DNA of 64,000 nucleotides, from NCBI GenBank assembly GCA_964016885.1, contig OZ024743.1, forward strand, positions 211,358,001 through 211,422,000, read 5' to 3'. Source of the stretch: Eledone cirrhosa. Taxonomy: Eukaryota. Within the stretch, counting starts at the first letter, position 1, and the number at the start of each line of letters is the position of its first letter. The notes below the pieces were generated by a model. It was not told the DNA's origin. It did not search any database and saw only the letters and a list, made by a program, of their open reading frames with translations. Below, piece after piece: positions 56,451 to 64,000 of this stretch. Position numbers and translations under genes: made by a program.

Positions 56451-59400
56451 TGTCTGAGGAACGAATCACTAGAGAGCTGTTCCAGGTAGAGCCACTAATT
56501 CACTGAATTGAGAGATCACAGCTCTGATATTACAGACATGTGGTTAGAATGTCTCAGGAAAGAATCACTAGAGAGCTGTTTCAGGTAGAGCCACTAATTC
56601 ACTGAATTGAGAGATCACAGCTCTGATATTACAGACATGGGGTTAGAATTCCTGAGGAAAGAATAACTAGAGAGCTGTTCCAGGTAGAGCCACTAATTCA
56701 CCAAATTGAGAGATCATAGCTCTGATACTACAGACATGTGGTTAGAATGTCTGAGGAACGAATCACTAGAGAGCTGTTCCAGGTAGTGCCACTAATTCAC
56801 TGAAGTGAGAGATCATCGCTCTGATACTACAGACATGTGGTTAGAATGTCTGAGGAAAGAATCACTAGAGAGCTGTTCCAGGTAGAGCCACTAATTCACT
56901 GAATTGAGAGATCACAGCTCTGATACTACAGACATGTGGTTAGAATGTCTGAGGAAAGAATCACTAGAGAGTTGTTCCAGGTAGAGCCACTAATTCACTG
57001 AATTGAGAGATCATAGCTCTGATACTACAGATATGTGGTTAGAATGTCTGAGGAAAGAATCACTAGAGAGCTGTTCCAGGTAGAGCCACTAATTCACTGA
57101 ATTGAGAGATCACAGCTCTGATATTACAGGCATGTGGCTAGAATGTCTGAGGAAAGAATCACTGGAGAGCTGTTCCAGGTAGAGCCACTAATTCACTGAA
57201 TTGAGAGATCACAGCTCTGATATTACAGACATGTGGTTAGAATGTCTGAGGAAAGAATCACTAGAGAGCTGTTCCAGGTAGAGCCACTAATTCACTGAAT
57301 TGAGAGATCATAGCTCTGATACTACAGACATGTGGTTAGAATGTCTGAGGAAAGAATCACTAGAGAGCTGTTCCAGGTAGAGCCACTAATTCACTGAATT
57401 AAGAGATCATAGCTCTGATATTACAGACATGTGGTTAGAATGTCTGAGGAAAGAATCACTGGAGAGCTGTTCCAGGTAGAGCCACCTAATTCACTGAATT
57501 GAGAGATCACAGCTCTGATATTACAGACATGTGGTTAGAATGTCTCAGGAAAGAATCACTAGAGAGCTGTTTCATGTAGAGCCACTAATTCACTGAATTG
57601 AGAGATCACAGCTCTGATACTACAGACATGTGGTTAGAATGTCTGAGGAAAGAATCACTAGAGAGCTGTTCCAGGTAGAGCCACTAATTCACTGAATTGA
57701 GAGATCATAGCTCTGATATTACAGACATGTGGTTAGAATGTCTGAGGAAAGAATCACTAGAGAGCTGTTCCAGCTAGAGCCACTAATTCACTGAATTGAG
57801 AGATCACAGCTCTGATATTACAGACCTGTGGTTAGAATGTCTGAGGAAAGAATCACTAGAGAGCTGTTCCAGGTAGAGCCGTTAATTCACTGAATTGAGA
57901 GATCATAGCTCTGATACTACAGACATGTGGTTAGAATGTCTGAGGAAAGAATCACTAGAGAGCTCTTCCAGGTAGAGCCACTAATTCACTGAATTGTGAG
58001 ATCATAGCTCTGATACTACAGATATGTGGTTAGAATGTCTGAGGAAAGAATCACTGGAGAGCTGTTCCAGGTAGAGCCACTAATTCACTGAATTGAGAGA
58101 TCACAGCTCTGATATTACAGACATGTGGTTAGAATGTCTGAGGAAAGAATCACTAGAGAGCTGTTCCAGGTAGAGCCACTAATTCACTGAATTGAGAGAT
58201 CATAGCTCTGATACTACAGACATGTGGTTAGAATGTCTGAGGAAAGAATCACTAGAGAGCTGTTCCAGGTAGAGCCACTAATTCACTGAATTAAGAGATC
58301 ATAGCTCTGATATTACAGACATGTGGTTAGAATGTCTGAGGAAAGAATCACTAGAGAGCTGTTCCAGGTAGAGCCACTAATTCACTGAATTGAGAGATCA
58401 CAGCTCTGATATTACAGACATGTGGTTAGAATGTCTGAGGAAAGAATCACTAGAGAGCTGTTCCAGGTAGTGCCACTAATTCACTGAATTGAGAGATAAT
58501 AGCTCTGATATTACAGACATGTGGTTAGAATGTCTGAGGAACGAATCACTAGAGAGCTGTTCCAGGTAGAGCCACTAATTCACTGAATTGAGAGATCACA
58601 GCTCTGATATTACAGACATGTGGTTAGAATGTCTCAGGAAAGAATCACTAGAGAGCTGTTTCAGGTAGAGCCACTAATTCACTGAATTGAGAGATCACAG
58701 CTCTGATATTACAGACATGGGGTTAGAATTCCTGAGGAAAGAATAACTAGAGAGCTGTTCCAGGTAGAGCCACTAATTCACCAAATTGAGAGATCATAGC
58801 TCTGATACTACAGACATGTGGTTAGAATGTCTGAGGAACGAATCACTAGAGAGCTGTTCCAGGTAGTGCCACTAATTCACTGAAGTGAGAGATCATCGCT
58901 CTGATACTACAGACATGTGGTTAGAATGTCTGAGGAAAGAATCACTAGAGAGCTGTTCCAGGTAGAGCCACTAATTCACTGAATTGAGAGATCACAGCTC
59001 TGATACTACAGACATGTGGTTAGAATGTCTGAGGAAAGAATCACTAGAGAGTTGTTCCAGGTAGAGCCACTAATTCACTGAATTGAGAGATCATAGCTCT
59101 GATACTACAGATATGTGGTTAGAATGTCTGAGGAAAGAATCACTAGAGAGCTGTTCCAGGTAGAGCCACTAATTCACTGAATTGAGAGATCACAGCTCTG
59201 ATATTACAGGCATGTGGCTAGAATGTCTGAGGAAAGAATCACTGGAGAGCTGTTCCAGGTAGAGCCACTAATTCACTGAATTGAGAGATCACAGCTCTGA
59301 TATTACAGACATGTGGTTAGAATGTCTGAGGAAAGAATCACTAGAGAGCTGTTCCAGGTAGAGCCACTAATTCACTGAATTGAGAGATCATAGCTCTGAT

Positions 59401-62400
59401 ACTACAGACATGTGGTTAGAATGTCTGAGGAAAGAATCACTAGAGAGCTGTTCCAGGTAGAGCCACTAATTCACTGAATTAAGAGATCATAGCTCTGATA
59501 TTACAGACATGTGGTTAGAATGTCTGAGGAAAGAATCACTGGAGAGCTGTTCCAGGTAGAGCCACCTAATTCACTGAATTGAGAGATCACAGCTCTGATA
59601 TTACAGACATGTGGTTAGAATGTCTCAGGAAAGAATCACTAGAGAGCTGTTTCATGTAGAGCCACTAATTCACTGAATTGAGAGATCACAGCTCTGATAC
59701 TACAGACATGTGGTTAGAATGTCTGAGGAAAGAATCACTAGAGAGCTGTTCCAGGTAGAGCCACTAATTCACTGAATTGAGAGATCATAGCTCTGATATT
59801 ACAGACATGTGGTTAGAATGTCTGAGGAAAGAATCACTAGAGAGCTGTTCCAGCTAGAGCCACTAATTCACTGAATTGAGAGATCACAGCTCTGATATTA
59901 CAGACCTGTGGTTAGAATGTCTGAGGAAAGAATCACTAGAGAGCTGTTCCAGGTAGAGCCGTTAATTCACTGAATTGAGAGATCATAGCTCTGATACTAC
60001 AGACATGTGGTTAGAATGTCTGAGGAAAGAATCACTAGAGAGCTGTTCCAGGTATGAGCCACTAATTCACTGAATTGAGAGATCACAGCTCTGATACTAC
60101 AGACATGGGGTTAGAATTCCTGAGGAAAGAATAACTAGAGAGCTGTTCCAGGTAGAGCCACTAATTCACCAAATTGAGAGATCATAGCTCTGATACTACA
60201 GACATGTGGTTAGAATGTCTGAGGAACGAATCACTAGAGAGCTGTTCCAGGTAGTGCCACTAATTCACTGAATTGAGAGATCATAGCTCTGATACTACAG
60301 ACATGTGGTTAGAATGTCTGAGGAAAGAATCACTAGAGAGCTGTTCCAGGTAGAGCCACTAATTCACTGAATTGAGATATCACAGCTCTGATACTACAGA
60401 CATGTGGTTAGAATGTCTGAGGAAAGAATCACTAGAGAGCTGTTCCAGGTAGAGCCACTAATTCACTGAATTGAGAGATCATAGCTCTGATACTACAGAT
60501 ATGTGGTTAGAATGTCTGAGGAAAGAATCACTAGAGAGCTGTTCCAGGTAGAGCCACTAATTCACTGAATTGAGAGAGCACAGCTCTGATATTACAGGCA
60601 TGTGGCTAGAATGTCTGAGGAAAGAATCACTGGAGAGCTGTTCCAGGTAGAGCCACTAATTCACTGAATTGAGAGATCACAGCTCTGATATTACAGACAT
60701 GGGGTTAGAATGTCTGAGGAAAGAATCACTAGAGAGCTGTTCCAGGTAGAGCCACTAATTCACTGAATTGAGAGATCATAGCTCTGATACTACAGACATG
60801 TGGTTAGAATGTCTGAGGAAAGAATCACTAGAGAGCTGTTCCAGGTAGAGCCACTAATTCACTGAATTAAGAGATCATAGCTCTGATATTACAGACATGT
60901 GGTTAGAATGTCTGAGGAAAGAATCACTGGAGAGCTGTTCCAGGTAGAGCCACTAATTCACCAAATTGAGAGATCATAGCTCTGATACTACAGACATGTG
61001 GTTAGAATGTCTGAGGAACGAATCACTAGAGAGCTGTTCCAGGTAGTGCCACTAATTCACTGAAGTGAGAGATCATCGCTCTGATACTACAGACATGTGG
61101 TTAGAATGTCTGAGGAAAAAATCACTAGAGAGCTGTTCCAGGTAGAGCCACTAATTCACTGAATTGAGAGATCACAGCTCTGATACTACAGACATGTGGT
61201 TAGAATGTCTGAGGAAAGAATCACTAGAGAGTTGTTCCAGGTAGAGCCACTAATTCACTGAATTGAGAGATCATAGCTCTGATACTACAGATATGTGGTT
61301 AGAATGTCTGAGGAAAGAATCACTAGAGAGCTGTTCCAGGTAGAGCCACTAATTCACTGAATTTAGAGATCACAGCTCTGATATTACAGGCATGTGGCTA
61401 GAATGTCTGAGGAAAGAATCACTGGAGAGCTGTTCCAGGTAGAGCCACTAATTCACTGAATTGAGAGATCACAGCTCTGATATTACAGACATGTGGTTAG
61501 AATGTCTGAGGAAAGAATCACTAGAGAGCTGTTCCAGGTAGAGCCACTAATTCACTGAATTGAGAGATCATAGCTCTGATACTACAGACATGTGGTTAGA
61601 ATGTCTGAGGAAAGAATCACTAGAGAGCTGTTCCAGGTAGAGCCACTAATTCACTGAATTAAGAGATCATAGCTCTGATATTACAGACATGTGGTTAGAA
61701 TGTCTGAGGAAAGAATCACTGGAGAGCTGTTCCAGGTAGAGCCACCTAATTCACTGAATTGAGAGATCACAGCTCTGATATTACAGACATGTGGTTAGAA
61801 TGTCTCAGGAAAGAATCACTAGAGAGCTGTTTCATGTAGAGCCACTAATTCACTGAATTGAGAGATCACAGCTCTGATACTACAGACATGTGGTTAGAAT
61901 GTCTGAGGAAAGAATCACTAGAGAGCTGTTCCAGGTAGAGCCACTAATTCACTGAATTGAGAGATCATAGCTCTGATATTACAGACATGTGGTTAGAATG
62001 TCTGAGGAAAGAATCACTAGAGAGCTGTTCCAGCTAGAGCCACTAATTCACTGAATTGAGAGATCACAGCGCTGATATTACAGACCTGTGGTTAGAATGT
62101 CTGAGGAAAGAATCACTAGAGAGCTGTTCCAGGTAGAGCCGTTAATTCACTGAATTGAGAGATCATAGCTCTGATACTACAGACATGTGGTTAGAATGTC
62201 TGAGGAAAGAATCACTAGAGAGCTGTTCCAGGTATGAGCCACTAATTCACTGAATTGAGAGATCACAGCTCTGATACTACAGACATGGGGTTAGAATTCC
62301 TGAGGAAAGAATAACTAGAGAGCTGTTCCAGGTAGAGCCACTAATTCACCAAATTGAGAGATCATAGCTCTGATACTACAGACATGTGGTTAGAATGTCT

Positions 62401-62700
62401 GAGGAACGAATCACTAGAGAGCTGTTCCAGGTAGTGCCACTAATTCACTGAATTGAGAGATCATAGCTCTGATACTACAGACATGTGGTTAGAATGTCTG
62501 AGGAAAGAATCACTAGAGAGCTGTTCCAGGTAGAGCCACTAATTCACTGAATTGAGAGATCACAGCTCTGATACTACAGACATGTGGTTAGAATGTCTGA
62601 GGAAAGAATCACTAGAGAGCTGTTCCAGGTAGAGCCACTAATTCACTGAATTGAGAGATCATAGCTCTGATACTACAGATATGTGGTTAGAATGTCTGAG
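55800..62700. repeat. Higher-order repeat domain of 21-22 monomers (2080/2180-bp period)
   Basis: The insertion marker GCCACCTAAT occurs at 57481, 59561 and 61741. TGAAGTGAGAGATCATCGCT occurs at 56801, 58881 and 61061. AGCTCTTCCA occurs at 55881 and 57961. Confidence 0.85.
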
Positions 62701-64000
62701 GAAAGAATCACTAGAGAGCTGTTCCAGGTAGAGCCACTAATTCACTGAATTGAGAGATCACAGCTCTGATATTACAGGCATGTGGCTAGAATGTCTGAGG
62801 AAAGAATCACTGGAGAGCTGTTCCAGGTAGAGCCACTAATTCACTGAATTGAGAGATAATAGCTCTGATATTACAGACATGTGGTTAGAATGTCTGAGGA
62901 AAGAATCACTAGAGAGCTGTTCCAGGTAGAGCCACTAATTCACTGAATTTAGAGATCACAGCTCTGATATTACAGACATGTTGTTAGAATGTCTCAGGAA
63001 AGAATCACTAGAGAGCTGTTCCAGGTAGAGCCACTAATTCACTGAATTGAGAGATCACAGCTCTGATACTACAGACATGTGGTTAGAATGTCTGAGGAAA
63101 GAATCGCTGGGGAGCTGTTCCAGGTAGAGCCACTAATTCACTGAATTGAGAGATCACAGCTCTGATATTACAGACATGTGGTTAGAATGTCTGATGAAAG
63201 AAACACTAGAGAGCTGTTCCAGGTAGAGCCACTAATTCACTGAATTGAGAGATAATAGCTCTGATATTACAGACATGTGGTTAGAATGTCTCAGGAAAGA
63301 ATCACTAGAGAGCTGTTTCATGTAGAGCCACTAATTCACTGAATTGAGAGATCACAGCTCTGATACTACAGACATGTGGTTAGAATGTCTGAGGAAAGAA
63401 TCACTAGAGAGCTGTTCCAGGTAGAGCCACTAATTCACTGAATTGAGAGATCATAGCTCTGATATTACAGACATGTGGTTAGAATGTCTGAGGAAAGAAT
63501 CACTAGAGAGCTGTTCCAGCTAGAGCCACTAATTCACTGAATTGAGAGATCACAGCTCTGATATTACAGACCTGTGGTTAGAATGTCTGAGGAAAGAATC
63601 ACTAGAGAGCTGTTCCAGGTAGAGCCGTTAATTCACTGAATTGAGAGATCATAGCTCTGATACTACAGACATGTGGTTAGAATGTCTGAGGAAAGAATCA
63701 CTAGAGAGCTGTTCCAGGTATGAGCCACTAATTCACTGAATTGAGAGATCACAGCTCTGATACTACAGACATGGGGTTAGAATTCCTGAGGAAAGAATAA
63801 CTAGAGAGCTGTTCCAGGTAGAGCCACTAATTCACTGAATTGAGATATCACAGCTCTGATACTACAGACATGTGGTTAGAATGTCTGAGGAAAGAATCAC
63901 TAGAGAGCTGTTCCAGGTAGAGCCACTAATTCACTGAATTGAGAGATCATAGCTCTGATACTACAGATATGTGGTTAGAATGTCTGAGGAAAGAATCACT

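Larger units (their letters stand above)
1..64000. repeat. 99-bp tandem satellite array (646 full monomers plus a partial), head-to-tail, single orientation, runs off both window edges
   Basis: The monomer start ATATTACAGA recurs at 1, 100, 199, and so on. Register is exact to 30691 (=1+310x99). The last monomer starts at 63958 (=1+646x99+3), matching the net +3 from the 12 small indels seen. Copies differ from consensus by only a few substitutions. Confidence 0.99.
1..64000 (+). mobile_element. Monomer probably derived from a 33-codon fragment of an RTE-clade LINE ORF (region C-terminal to the RT domain); degenerate and non-coding
   Basis: Manual translation of frame +2 gives VEPLIH*IERSQL*YYRHVVRMSEERITRELFQ. 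This resembles the recalled RTE/Rex3/Expander-type motif VEPLLLxIERSQLRWxGHxxRM. CGA and AGA variants at the two stop positions give IHRIERSQLRYY. Based on motif recall, not a database search. Confidence 0.7.

Noticed and set aside
1-64000. Giant repeat-protein gene with 33-aa units (ankyrin/TALE/TPR-like), suggested by the 99-bp period
   Set aside because: The consensus has stops in all six frames, no translation resembles those motifs, and frameshifting indels have been amplified.
1-64000. Recoded ORF with TGA read as Trp or Sec in frame +2
   Set aside because: The common TCATAG allele and the TCTAAG/CTCTAA-type variants are unconstrained, and several add TAG/TAA stops in that frame. The TGA positions align with Arg in variant monomers, which fits mutational decay better.
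1-64000. CRISPR array or other repeat-spacer system
   Set aside because: There are no unique spacers; the full 99 bp is repeated with only scattered substitutions. No cas genes or leader are present.

Overview
The whole 64-kb window is one uninterrupted, head-to-tail tandem array of a 99-bp monomer: 646 complete copies plus a 43-bp partial copy, about 41% GC, all in one orientation. Consensus: ATATTACAGACATGTGGTTAGAATGTCTGAGGAAAGAATCACTAGAGAGCTGTTCCAGGTAGAGCCACTAATTCACTGAATTGAGAGATCACAGCTCTG. It looks like eukaryotic satellite DNA. I saw no genes, RNA genes, CRISPR spacers, inserted elements or unique sequence, and the consensus has stop codons in all six frames. The main observation is that + strand frame 2 reads (circularly) QVEPLIH*IERSQL*YYRHVVRMSEERITRELF. 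This resembles, from recall, the motif just downstream of the reverse transcriptase domain in RTE-clade LINE proteins (approximately VEPLLLxIERSQLRWxGHxxRM). Rare monomer variants restore Arg at both stops, so the satellite is probably an amplified 33-codon fragment of a retrotransposon ORF. No database search was run to confirm this. Shared variants reveal nested higher-order repeats of 6, 11, 21-22, 26-33, 58 and about 103 monomers, including an ABC-AC-ABC arrangement over about 26 kb. The monomer also carries three dyad symmetries. I cannot support a new functional system from this sequence alone.
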